Positions 24,590 to 38,094 of a DNA stretch of 64,000 nt are shown here, piece by piece. How positions within the stretch are numbered: the first letter of the stretch is position 1; every line of letters starts with the position of its first letter. The notes beneath the pieces are model-generated. The model made no database searches, was not told where the DNA came from, and saw only the letters and a list, made by a program, of their open reading frames with translations. Where the stretch lies: positions 26,846,001 to 26,910,000 of the forward strand of contig NC_043005.1 of the NCBI RefSeq assembly GCF_006345805.1. Direction: 5' to 3'. Origin of the DNA: Octopus sinensis. Lineage: Eukaryota. Made by a program: the position numbers and the translations under genes.

Positions 24590-24800
24590 TATATAAAGTT
24601 AATCCAAACAAGAAAGCACACAAAAACACAACAACGCGAGGACGTGGAACAAATATAGTATTATTGGACACTCAGGAAAGAAGGAAAGAAGGAGGGTTCA
24701 ACGTTTCGAGCGGAGCTCTTCGTCGGAAACATAGGAGAAGGAAAGATCCAGAGAAGGGCAGACAGAGGAAAAAAAAAATCGCCAACGGTTTTATTTTATA
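24590..24800 (-). mobile_element. Penelope-tail-like repeat with a hammerhead-like motif
   Basis: Minus strand 24730-24696 reads GTTT-CCGACGAA-GAGC-tcc-GCTC-GAAACGTT-GAAC. Confidence 0.55.
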
Positions 24801-24899
24801 TAGCTATTTTATTTATAAATATATAAACTTCGACTTACAAAGATAAATTTTCTTCCTCTGGTAGAAAAAGTGATATTCTATATTCTACACAAGTAACAT

Positions 24900-25450
24900 A
24901 TGTATTTATGTGCACATACATACATACATACATACATACATACATACATACATACATACATACATACACATATACATACATACACACATACATGCATACT
25001 TAAGCACACATGCATACGTAGATCATTCACGAATGTAAATGTACAGAGATGTAATACATACATATATATACATACATACATACATAACATGCATACATAC
25101 ATATATACACAGATACACACAAACATACTCTCATACATACATACATACATACATACATACATACATACATACATACATACATACATACATACATACATAC
25201 ACATATACATACATACATACATACACACATACATGCATACTTAAGCACACATGCATACGTAGATCATTCATGAATGTAAATGTACAGAGATGTAATACAT
25301 ACATATATATACATACATACATACATAACATGCATACATACATACATATATACAGATACACACAACATACTCTCATACATACATACATACATACATACAT
25401 ACATACATACATACATACATACATACATACATACATACATACATACATAC
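24900..25450. repeat. Tandem duplication (period about 241 bp) of a (CATA)n-embedded unit
   Basis: The unique anchor CATGCATACTTAAGCACAC occurs at 24991 and 25232. Confidence 0.9.
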
Positions 25451-25837
25451 CCAGAGCAGCATTTGCAATTAGTGATTTTTATTCATGTAGCAAATTGGTG
25501 TGTTTACACACGCAGCAAGCCAACTTAGCTCTGTTGGTTTTTTAGAGAACTTTTGTTGATATTAAGAAAGAAGAAAGAAGATAAGGAGACGCTGGTCTCC
25601 TTACGGTGAGGCGGAGGTGTGTATAAACCAGAGTGTAGCTGCTTAATAGCGTATGAGGACGATAAATAGCAGGAAGAGACATCTAACCCAGCGATATCTT
25701 ATACACAGCATAATACGAGTTTTGTCTCGAACACTGGTTCCCCCTACTCCACCCTATTCAGCGCCAACCAGAAAAAAAAATTCACCTGCTGTCTCTCCAC
25801 AAAGATCAAAGAGATACTGCTGTCACTTCTGGGACTA

Positions 25838-26425
<588 letters not shown>

Positions 26426-26573
26426 AAACGAGCTTCGTTGACTAAAGCAGCCACCCGGGTGACTGGCAATGGAATGAGTCGATTGGGCACAACTGTCTTG
26501 ACGCTGACGCTATGGCACGGCTGACTGAACATTCAACCTGTTTTGGTGACAGAACTTTTTGCTGCTGGAAAGA

Positions 26574-26622
<49 letters not shown>

Positions 26623-26865
26623 GCAGAAATATACGTAGACAGATTGAGAGAGAGTTGGAGAAAGACAGAAGAGTGAGAGAGAGAGAGAGAGAGAGAGAAA
26701 ATCACATATACATACAACCATAATTAAATGCTCTCACACACACACACACACAGGTGTGGGCATCTAATTATGTTTTCAGGTATATGTAGGGAGAGAGGGA
26801 AGAAGAAATGCATTGCAATTTATTGAGTACGATTGATTTCAACATTTTCCCTGTCTTCAGACATA

Positions 26866-27727
26866 CGAGTTCTGATCAATAAATATATAGACTGTAACCA
26901 TAGTAACGAACGTAAGGCACGCAGGATGAAGCTGCTTGGCAAAGATTGACCTTGAACTCTGCTGTGCCTATGCACAAAGATTTAACGTTCTATTTCACTT
27001 TCGCTATTTGCAGCACTGTTTTCGAGGAAAGTTGTCATGGCGATACCTGCTCAGAGGCCTACGCAAAGTTGCAGAAAGTGTATGGAGAGGAGTGTATGAG
27101 CCGCACAAAATGTTTGAGTAGTTCAGACCTTTCCAAGATGGCCGAAAAATTGTCGATAATGACGAACGTTCTGGGAGACTTGCAACCAGCAGAACTTAGA
27201 AAAACATCGATGTGCGTGCAACTGTGAGAGGAAATCGTCGAATCACCATCTGCGAGTTTTCAGAGGATGTGCAGATTAGTAAAAGTTCAGTTCAGTCCAT
27301 TATTGCTGAGGATTTGGCTATGAGACGTGTGTCTGCCAAGTTTGTGTCAAAACTGCTTTCAGCTGACCAAAAAGACACTTGGGTTTCAGTTGCACAAGAT
27401 CTCTTTGATTGTGTCAAGAACGATGAGAACTTTTTGAAAACTTTGCATATGCCTCTGAGTAGGTATTGCCAAGCTTTTGGCAAAATTTCGTGAGTTTCTT
27501 TCCTCAACTTTGTCTGTCATGGTTAATGCGACGATCACACGCTACACACCTTCCTTCTAAGCACTGCTGAAAGCAGCGGAAGTGAGTTAGAATGATAAAA
27601 CTTAGTGCGAATGCACATCAGAGTTCAAGGTCAATCTGTACCAAGCGGCTTCACTCTGCGTGCTTTAGCTTCAGTCCAGATACTTATTGATATGGCAATA
27701 TTCCGGATACTTATTGATCAAACCACA
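26866..27727 (+). mobile_element. Mariner-family non-autonomous derivative (5' part + inverted 5' part)
   Basis: The 5' end TA|CGAGTTCTGATCAATAA is mirrored at the 3' end, with long inverted arms. The internal HTH region (YGEECMSRT...DERSG...RRITI...RRVSAKFV.KLL) stops before the catalytic domain. Confidence 0.85.
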
Positions 27728-28611
27728 AAGAAAAATGCTAACAGATATAAACAGAAGACGAGAGGGAGAGAGAGAGGGGGGGGGAGATGCAAAAGTAGAG
27801 AACGATGAAAACATTAAAACGTGTGATGTCAAATAGGTCAGCGTCAAATCAGTGATACCCTATTGGCGGCGTCAAAGCGGCCATGGCAAAGTGTCTCTTA
27901 TCCGATTGGCAACGATCTGCTCCCTCATCAACACATCCCAGCCTCTGCACTCAAAGAAGTGTTTCGAGGCGCTCAAAATCCAAATTAAAGTGATAAGACA
28001 AAATGCATGACCGTATTTACTTGTTTCTGTTTTTTTTTTTTGTTTTGTTTTTTTCATGTTTTACTCTTGCGAAGTGAAAGAAGAGGAAGAGCTACTGAAA
28101 ATCGATCGACAGAGCTTCAAGAGTCAGAAAAATTGCTCCAACTCGAGCTGAGTGGTGAACTACCAACCAAAAACGAAAACCAACAAATAAGTAAGTAACA
28201 GAATCAGAGATTCTACACACAGTCGGTCGATCTGCTAGAAATAGCTACTAAATTCCTGCAGGTCACGCTTCAATACTTTAAAAAGTAGGATACGTTGAAT
28301 AATGATGTAGTTCCGTTTATACTAACGTGAAAAAAAAAGTTGCGATGGTCGTGAATGGATTTCCTTTGATTCTAGATATGCTAAACCAAGTCTGATGTAG
28401 GTCTCGATAACAACAACAACAACAACAATAACAACAAAAACGAAAGCAGCAGTAACGAGCAGTATGGCTTTGGTTGCGTGGCTCCTACTTAAAAGATTCT
28501 CCATTTCGCCACTGGCCTGTGGAACTTCGTCCTTGATAACTTTCGCAAGAGAACTATTATTGCATTTGACGGCATCAAATCCTATGGCGTCTGGTATCTA
28601 TTTATCTATCT

Positions 28612-28733
28612 ACGATCCCTCTTGATCGAAAACCTACGCCACCCCCCTTTTTTTTTTCATCCCCCAAAAGAAAAGCTCTACCTTGTAACTTGTCCCATCT
28701 GTGTGCAGCCCTGTGTGGCCAATAAAGAAACTT
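28612..28733 (+). mobile_element. Tx1-like 3' end fragment, plus strand, flanked by TATC on both sides
   Basis: TATCTATC|TACGATCCC...GCAGCCCTGTGTGGCCAATAAAGAAACT|TATCTATC. Confidence 0.85.
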
Positions 28734-28771
28734 ATCTATCTATATATCTATCTAACTCGATTGATTGATGT

Positions 28772-28817
<46 letters not shown>

Positions 28818-28868
28818 GGATGGATGGATGGATGGATGGATGGATGGATGGATGGATGGATGGATGGA

Positions 28869-28920
<52 letters not shown>

Positions 28921-28929
28921 TAGATAGAT

Positions 28930-28967
<38 letters not shown>

Positions 28968-28968
<1 letters not shown>

Positions 28969-31254
28969 TGTTTCTTTATTAGCCACACAGGGCTGCACAC
29001 AGATAGAACAAATTACAAGGTAGAGCTTTTCTTTTGAAGGTTTAAAAAAAAAAAAAGAAAAAGAAAAAAAAAAAGGAAGGGGGAGTTTCGATCAAAAGGG
29101 ATCGTAAAAGGAGAGAAAGAGGACAAAAAAAAAGGGGGGTTAAAAAAAAAAAAAAAGGGGGAGAGAAAAAAAAATTGATCAATAGGGATCGTTATCACAG
29201 AAATGTCAATATGAAGTGTAAAGGGGAGGACAGGTGAGGTTTACCCGTGGAAAGAAAAGCCTACGGAAAAGACCACGGTAACCTCGGTCAATGAAGTCAC
29301 ATTTTATATTTCTTTTTTTTTTTTTTGCAAATAAGCAACTCTCTGTTTTCGATTTCTGGGTTCATAGGACTATGCTCAAGGTGGCTTCGTCATTCATACG
29401 TGCCATTCTTGCTACATTCACCCATCTTTTTTTAAAACATTCGCTAGACAAAACTTGCCTCTCTACTCTCACTTTCCTTTTCAAGTGGTACTTGAAGAAG
29501 TTGATGAGAGATTGACCAGAGAGGAAAGTGTTTGTCTCCAATCCTTTCAGACGCGTCCACCAGATACATTCTTTCGCCATAGCCACAAGGATGATGAAAA
29601 TAGCTCTTCCTTCCCGTTTGAAGGAAGGAGGCGTGACAATATTGACGATAGACTCAGCTGATAAACCGACGCGTCCCACACGTGACAGCAGTTGTTCGAC
29701 ATAACCCACAGGTCGGAAATTGTTGGACACTGAACGAGTGCGTGCAGAACGGTTTCGTCGCTCTGACCGCATCTCGGGCAGGTCGGCCCCGTGTTTCTCG
29801 AGCCGTGTCTGTAGAGCTTATCCCGAACGGGTAGCGCTTCTCGGTAGCACTGCCAGGCCAGGGATCTCTGGAAGTTGTCCATGGGCCCTGGCCCGAAAGT
29901 CGTCCCGAACAGGCGGGTCAGGTACTCCTCGTCGACGTCCAGGTTCGCCCCGAGCTCGTCGTCGTACCTCCCCTCCACTAAACCCCTATAGAATGCTTTG
30001 GTTGTGTTGAAGTCACTTAAGGTCGACCCAGGACGGCAGAGTTGCTTGAGAGCAACGCGACACTCGCGGTGCCATTCGCCCTTCCTCGGCCTCTTTTTGA
30101 TCCACGACTGCAGTTCGGTCATGGAGACGAGCTGCGGGAAAGCGTGCCTCACAAACGGCGACCACACCTGTTCACCGTCGTCTACATAGAGCCAGAGATG
30201 TCGCAGTCTCAGCGCGTGTCTGCGCATCATCAACCACGGCATGCCCAGCCCTCCTTTTAACGGGTGTTGACAGCAAATGGATCGCCTGACCATCGGGACG
30301 CATCCTTTCCACAAGAAGCGAAAGAGGATTCGTTGTAGTTTGGTGATGGTAGGGTCGGGACAAGGTACGACGGTCAGGCGGTAGTAGATGACGGACGCGA
30401 TGTACGTGTTCGCCACCTCCGCTCGACCTTTTAGGGACAGTTTCCTCTCGGCCCATTGCCGGGCGAGAGTGACCACCCTACTCGTTATCTCGTTCCAGTT
30501 CTTCTCCGCTTGGAGGTCCGGACCAAACCAGACCCCGAGCAACTCAACCGGGCCGTCGGTCCAGCGTCCCACGACGGAGGCGCTGGTGGACGGCATGGGC
30601 TTGCTTCTCCAGGTGCCTAGTCGCAAGCCCACTGACTTTTCCCGGTTGATTTTCGCTCCTGTCACCGCTTCGTAGTTTTTCAGTGTCCCGCCGACCAGCT
30701 CGATGTGCTCGTGGCTAGACACTATGACGGTGACGTCTCGTCCGCGTATGCAGACAACGCTCGTCCCGCATCCCAATTCTCGCGGGATGCCCCTTAGAGT
30801 CGCCAGCTTCCGCAGTAGTGGCTCAAGAGTCAATACGTATAGAAGCGCCGAGAGGGGGCATCCCTGACGGACCGAACGTGCAATGTCGAAGGGTCTCGAT
30901 AGATGTCCATTTACGCGAATTACCGAACGGATGCCTCTGTACAAGGCAGCTATCCAGCCGCGGAAGACGGACCGAAACCAGCCGCTCTCAGGACTGCCTC
31001 CAAGTATCGATGGTCTACCCTATCAAAGGCTTTCGATTGATCCAAGTTGATCAGGGCCCCACCCATGCCAGGTTCGTTACCTACCCTGTCTATGATGTAG
31101 CGCATTAGATGGAGGTTGTCATGGATGGTCCGGCCTGGCACGGCGCATGTTTGCGCCTTGTCGACCAGTTTCTCGATGACAAGCGCCAACCTCTTGGCTA
31201 GCACCTTGGCCAAAATTTTCAAGTCTGCATTAAGCAGAGTGATGGGCCTAAAGT

Positions 31255-31255
<1 letters not shown>
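28968..31255 (-). mobile_element. Tx1-clade L1 retrotransposon, 5'-truncated ORF2 (RT + C-terminal CCHC) with 3' UTR
   Basis: Motifs RPITLLNADLKIL, LDQSKAFDRV, VRQGCPLS and CPRCGQSDETVLHALVQCP; AATAAA at the 3' end. Both ends lie in (TATC)n. Frameshifts are present. Confidence 0.9.
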
Positions 31256-31320
<65 letters not shown>

Positions 31321-31321
<1 letters not shown>

Positions 31322-31579
31322 CTTAGGTTTCGGCCAGTATAAGCCCAGGCCATGAGTAGCTTAAATAGCACCGCCTGATGAAGTCTTTTAGTCATACATG
31401 GGACACCATGGCCCATTCTAGCAAAGAGTTATTATTGTTGGAGATATGCCTAGGTGTAGGAGATTGGTTCGAAATTTTTTGAGAAATTTGTCCAGAGAAC
31501 TTTTGAATTTTATGGGATCTATTTCCGTTTTGATGTATTTTGGTATAATATTAAAGAGAGGTGGACCGTTTGATGTAAA

Positions 31580-31580
<1 letters not shown>
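31321..31580 (-). mobile_element. CR1/L2-type LINE 3' fragment (about 260 bp)
   Basis: Translates GPPLFNIIP...FKSSLDKFL...NSLLEW. The UTR ends AGGCGGTGCT...CATGGCC...GGCCGAAAC. Nearly identical to 34011-34271. Confidence 0.75.
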
Positions 31581-31653
<73 letters not shown>

Positions 31654-31654
<1 letters not shown>

Positions 31655-33964
31655 TGTTTCTTATTAGCCACACAGGGCTGCACACAGATAGAACAAATTA
31701 CAGGTAGAGCTTTTCTTTTGAAGGTTTAAAAAAAATAAAAATAAAAAATAAAAAAAAATAAAAAATAAGAAAAAAATAAAATAAAATGAAAATAAAATAA
31801 AAAAGGGGGGGTCGATCAAAAGGGATCGTAGAAGGAGAGAAAGAGGACAAAAAAAAAGGGGGGTTAAAAAAAAAGGGGGAGAGGAAAAAAATTGATCAAT
31901 AGGGATCGTTATCACAGAAATGTCAATATGAAGTGTAAAGGGCGGGACAGGTGAGGTTTACCCGTGGAAAGAAAAGCCTACGGAAAAGACCACGGTAACC
32001 TCGGTCAATGAAGTCACATGTTATATTTCTTTTTTTTTTTTTTTTTTTTTGCAAATAAGCACTCTCTGTATTAATTTTTACGGTTCTAGAATCATAGTCA
32101 AGGTGGCTTCGTCATTCATACGTGCCATCCTTGCTACATTCACCCATCTTTTTTTAAAACATTCACTAGACAAACTTGCCTCTCTACTCTCACTTTTTTC
32201 TTCAAGTGATACTTGAAGAAGTTGATGAGAGATTGACCAGAGAGGAAAGTGTTTGTCTCTAATCCTTTCAGACGCGTCCACCAGATACATTCTTTCGCCA
32301 TAGCCACAAGTATGATAAAAAGCTCTTCCTTCCCGTTGAAGGAAGGGGCGTGACGATATTAACGATAGACTCGGCTGATAAACCGACACGTCCCACACGT
32401 GACAGCAGTCGTTCGACATAAGCCCACAGGTGGGAAATTGCTGGACACTGCACGATTGCGTGCAGAGCGGTTTCGTCGCTCTGCCCGCATCTCGGGCAGG
32501 TCGGCCCCGTTTTTTCTCGAGCCATGCCTATAGAGCTTATCCCGAACGGGTAGCGCTTCTCGTAGCACCGCCGCCAGGCCAGGTCTCTGGAAGTTGTCCA
32601 TAGGTCCCGGGCCGAAAGTCGTTTGAAACAGGCGGGTCAGGTATTCCTCGTCGACGCCCAGGTTTGCCCCGAGCTCGTCGTCGTACCTCCCCTCCACTAA
32701 TCCCCTATAGAATGCTTTGGTTGTGTTGAAGTCACTCAAGGTCGACCCGGGACGGCAGAGTTGCTTGAGAGCAACGCGACACTCGCGGTGCCATTCGCCC
32801 TTCTTCGGCCTCTTTTTGATCCACGACTGTAGTTCGGTCATGGAGACGAGTTGCGGGAATGCGTGCCTCACAAACGGCGACCACACCTGTTCACCGTCGT
32901 CTACATAGAGCCGGAGATGTCGCAGTCTCAGCGCGTGTCTGCGCATCATCAACCACGGCATGCCCAGCCCTCCTTTTAACGGGTGTTGACAGCAAATGGA
33001 TCGCCTGACCATCGGGCGCATCCTTTCCACAAGAAGCGGAAGAGGATGCGTTCTAGTTTGGTGATGGTAGGGTCGGGACAAGGTACGACGTCAGGCGGTA
33101 GTAGATGATGGACGCGATGTACGCGTTCACCACCTCCGCCCGACCTTTTAGGGACAGTTTCCTCTCGGCCCATTGCTGGGCGAGAGTGACCACCCTACTC
33201 GTTATCTCGTCCAGTTCTTCTCCATTTGGAGGTCCGGACCGAACAGACCCCGAGCAACTCAACCGGGCCGTCTGTCCAGCGTCCCACGACGGAGGTACTG
33301 GTGGACGGCATGGGTTTGCTTCTCCAGGTGCCGAGCCGCAAGCCCACTGACTTTTCCCGGTTGATTTTTGCTCCTGTCACCGCTTCGTAGTCTTTCAGTG
33401 TCTCGCCGACCCGCTCGATGTGCTCGTGGCTTGACACTATGACGGTGACGTCGTCCGCGTATGCAGACACGCTGTCCCGCTCCTAATTCTCGCGGGATGC
33501 CCCTCAGAGTCGCCAGCTTCCGCAGTAGTGGCTCAAGAGTCAATACGTATAGAAGCGCCGAGAGGGGGCATCCCTGACGGACCGAACGTGCAATGTCGAA
33601 GGGTCTCGATAGATGTCCATTTACGGCGAATTACCGAACGGATGCCTCTGTACAGGCAGCTATCCAGCCGCGGAAGACGGGACCGAACCAGCCGCTCTCA
33701 GGACTGCCTCCAAGTATCGATGGTCTACCCTATCAAAGGCTTTCGATTGATCCAAGTTGATCAGGGCCCCACCATGCCAGGTTCGTTAACTACCCTGTCT
33801 ATGATGTAGCGCATTAGATGGAGGTTGTCATGGATGGTCCGGCCTGGCACGGGAACGCATGTTTGCGCCTTGTCGACCATTTCTCGATGACAAGCGCCAA
33901 CCTCTTGGCTAGCACTTGGCCAAAATTTTCAAGTCTGCATTAAGCAGAGTGATGGGCCTAAAGT

Positions 33965-33965
<1 letters not shown>
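31654..33965 (-). mobile_element. Second Tx1-clade copy with the same 5' truncation point
   Basis: Begins (TATC)n|AACTTTAGGCCCATC exactly as the 31255 copy does. Contains SAYADDVT and CPRCGQ...HAIVQCP. Its 3' end lies in (TATC)n. Confidence 0.9.
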
Positions 33966-34725
<760 letters not shown>

Positions 34726-34740
34726 GATAGATAGATAGAT

Positions 34741-34941
34741 AAGTTTCTTTATTGGCCACACAGGGCTGCACACAGATGGGACAAGTTACAAGGTAGAGCT
34801 TTTCTTTTGGGGGAGAAACAAAAAAAAAAAAGGTGGCGTAGGTTTTCGATCAAAAGGGATCGTAAAAGGGAAAAAAGAACAAAAAAAAGAAAAGAAAGGG
34901 GGGAAAGAATAAAAAAGAAAAAAAAGAAAAGAAAAAAAAGA

Positions 34942-34944
<3 letters not shown>
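34741..34944 (-). mobile_element. Tx1-like 3' UTR fragment in (TATC)n
   Basis: Same terminus; GATA repeats on both sides. Confidence 0.85.
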
Positions 34945-34991
<47 letters not shown>

Positions 34992-35775
34992 GCGGAGAGG
35001 GAGAAGAGACACAATAATAGTATGACAACAGGATCTTTCAAATTAAGCGATGACGTAATGAAAAATCTAACCACTGACGCCCATTACATGTCAAATTCTT
35101 TAACTGAGAAGCAAAAAAATATCTAGCGAATCTAAATTTGTTGACTGACAATCAGTTAAGCTTGATTAAGCTAAACGCAGCTTATAGAACAGAAGCAGAC
35201 TACAGGTAGGGAGACAGACAGGAGCAGAGCTGGACAGACACATGAGAGATGCAGCCATGCGTAACTCGACTGGCCAGCACGAACATTCGGCAACACCCAG
35301 TGACTAGATTACAACTATCTTAAAAATCGATCATAGCAGGGGACACTCATATTTTCTCATTCTCTCTCTCTCTCTCTCTCACCCCTCCCCTCTCTCTCTC
35401 TCTCTCACGCTCATTCTCATCTTCTTTCTCTTTCATTTTTACACAATCACTTAAGCTGTCTATTTAAATTATTAATGCGAGTACAAAATTCTCATACAGA
35501 ATCAGGTCACAACTCTAATTACGTTTTTCCGACCATACTTTGTCATTATTTTTTCTTGGAACGGACGTGTCCTATTTTCAACTATTAATAGCAAAACAGA
35601 CGATGAACTTAATGGACAGACCACTGACAGTTTTCTCTGGACACTTACATCATTGCTAAATTGATATACTTGTTAAATATGTATGCATGCACGCATGTGC
35701 AACAACCTACCTCACAGACTTCGTTTACCAAACTTCATTCCGAAAACACCAAAAACGCTGCATAGTAAAACTGGC

Positions 35776-36612
35776 GGATCTTTTCGGTTTGAACGGCAGT
35801 TTTTAACATAATTTCTAGGTAACTGAAAAATGTTAAACTTCGTATACTGGTAGAATGTGTTTATAAAAATCTTTTTCTCTTGGCTTTATTGAGAACATTC
35901 TATAGTTTGTAACATATTTGTTGTTTTTTTCTTCAATTTCTGCAATTTCAACCAATCAATGACCGTCTATTGAGGTGAAAACATTCTGTGCCGTATGAAT
36001 ATGTTCCTCGTTTAAGAAACAGATTGGGTTTATTTATATTTCTGAAGAAAAAAAGATACCCTTCCCCCATCCCTAACCCTAACCTTAAAATAGATTGAAA
36101 GGATCTTTTCTAAAAGATGGACAGAATTTTCTACTTAACTAAATAATTTGAAACTTCGTATACTGGTAGAATGTGTCAAAATAACACACACACAACAAAC
36201 ACACACACGCACACACATACACAACAAAAACACACACACACAGGTAATCGTTCCGTAAGTCAGGGATGACATTGAAATAAACATGCGAGAAGCCTTTGAA
36301 GACAGAAGACAGTGATAAGGATGAATAACACGGCAGCAAATGAATTCAGCTCAAAACAGAGAATATGATTGGTTAAAATTCGAAGAATTAAACTACGTAA
36401 AAGTTACAAAATACATTTTTCTCAAAACTACTAATTGAAATTAATGTTTTCTTTTGACGAAGTTTCAAATTATTTAGTTAAGTAGAAAATTCTGTCCATC
36501 TTTTAGAAAAGACCCGATTGAAATGCAATAGATCGATATTAGGGTCATAATTATGAGTGACAATTTCATATGACACCGCTAGAAAAAACTGCCGTTCAAA
36601 CCGAAAAGATCC
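35776..36612. mobile_element. Non-autonomous DNA transposon (MITE), 29-bp TIR, 8-bp TSD; host of a nested insertion
   Basis: TIR GGATCTTTTCGGTTTGAACGGCAGTTTTT is perfect at both ends. TSD is AAACTGGC (35768-35775) / AAACTAGC (36613-36620). Superfamily is uncertain; GG termini with an 8-bp TSD fit Merlin-like, but hAT or P are not excluded. Confidence 0.9.
36101..36515. mobile_element. Nested MITE, about 60-bp TIR, 8-bp TSD
   Basis: TIR starts GGATCTTTTCTAAAAGATGGACAGAATTTT. TSD GATTGAAA lies at 36093-36100 and 36516-36523. Confidence 0.9.
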
Positions 36613-37058
36613 AAACTAGCCTCAAAAATACCTGATTATGATGCAAATTTCTTAAATACATAGTCATGCCTCTGCTTATAATTACGCTATTAGTTTTAGC
36701 ATGTGGGGCGATGTGATTGGTTTTAATGATGGAAGTGGTGATGAGTAGAGTAACAGAAATAGAAGGACACAAATCGGGGCTAAGAAAGGTTTTGGATCAA
36801 AATGAAAGACTAAAATACATAATTGACTTTAATGCGATTCGAACCTAACGTGTAAAGAAAGGAATCTTAAAACGACACCCTCTTGCTTCTGTTGTACCAT
36901 ACTCTTTTAAAGTTCATCTAAGAAAAAGTCTAAATTGTTGTTCAAAGCTTAAAATGCCATTTAAAATAATGAGATATACACACATATGTGTATGGCAGTA
37001 CGCATGTATGTATGCGTGCGTGCATGCGCGCGCGCGTGTGTGTGTGTTGTGTGTGTCT

Positions 37059-37099
<41 letters not shown>

Positions 37100-37166
37100 G
37101 GAGACAAAGAGGCAGACAGACTGAGAGAAGGGGCTGTTGTAAGACTATGATATTCTATTTATATTA

Positions 37167-37240
<74 letters not shown>

Positions 37241-37593
37241 TGGATGTATGTATCCTTGCATATGTAGTTCTGTGTGTGTGTGTGTGTGGTGTGCGTACGT
37301 GTGACATACCTTCCTATCCACATAGCTAATCAACATGCCATCCTACACCCTAAATAACCGACATTCCCTACCTTATCGCCCGACCTAACAGTATATACAC
37401 CCACAAATGTGAGCCACAGCCAATGTTCGTCTGCCCGCACGCAAGCACGGAGACGCGCAGGCGCGCGTACTCTACTACTGCTACTACTACTACTGCTAAT
37501 ACTACTACTACTACTACTACTAAAGCTAACGATATACACGGTGCGTGCAGGAAGGCGTAGTCCCTTCTTACCTTCTGTAATATGTATAGTCAG

Positions 37594-37635
<42 letters not shown>

Positions 37636-38009
37636 TATATATATTAATATATATGTATGTATATATGCATGTATGTATGTATGTATGTATGTATGTATGT
37701 ATGTATGTATGTATGTATGTATGTATGTGTACAGACACACATGAAGGGGCGTTCGTGTGCTTGTGGGTAGGTACATGCGCGTACGGGGGTACGTAGGTGG
37801 GGATTCGGTGGGGGTTTTCTATCGTTAAAACGTTTTCATATGTTAACCATTATAGAAAGAAGAGTCTCCCAACGCAAACAGAACACTCTGAACTCTGTCT
37901 GACATTGGTGCGCCGTGGGAGGGTAACAAGGTGAGACGAGGAGGGGAGGGAGAAATGAAGGTAAGGGAGGGAAAATCATTACAAAGGTAATATGAAACAA
38001 CAACAATAA

Positions 38010-38043
<34 letters not shown>

Positions 38044-38045
38044 AT

Positions 38046-38089
<44 letters not shown>

Positions 38090-38094
38090 TTGAG

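Noticed and set aside
30690-33960. Frameshifts in the Tx1 copies as programmed or biological events
   Set aside because: They are scattered single-base indels that differ between otherwise identical segments, consistent with long-read consensus error or neutral decay.
36071-36084. CCCTAACCCTAACC telomere-like motif
   Set aside because: Only about two units, inside a MITE; it is not an interstitial telomere array.
37330-37990. CpG-rich patch with CCAAT and two donor-like sites (GTGAGA, GTAAGG)
   Set aside because: The motifs are too short to support a promoter or exon call without expression data.
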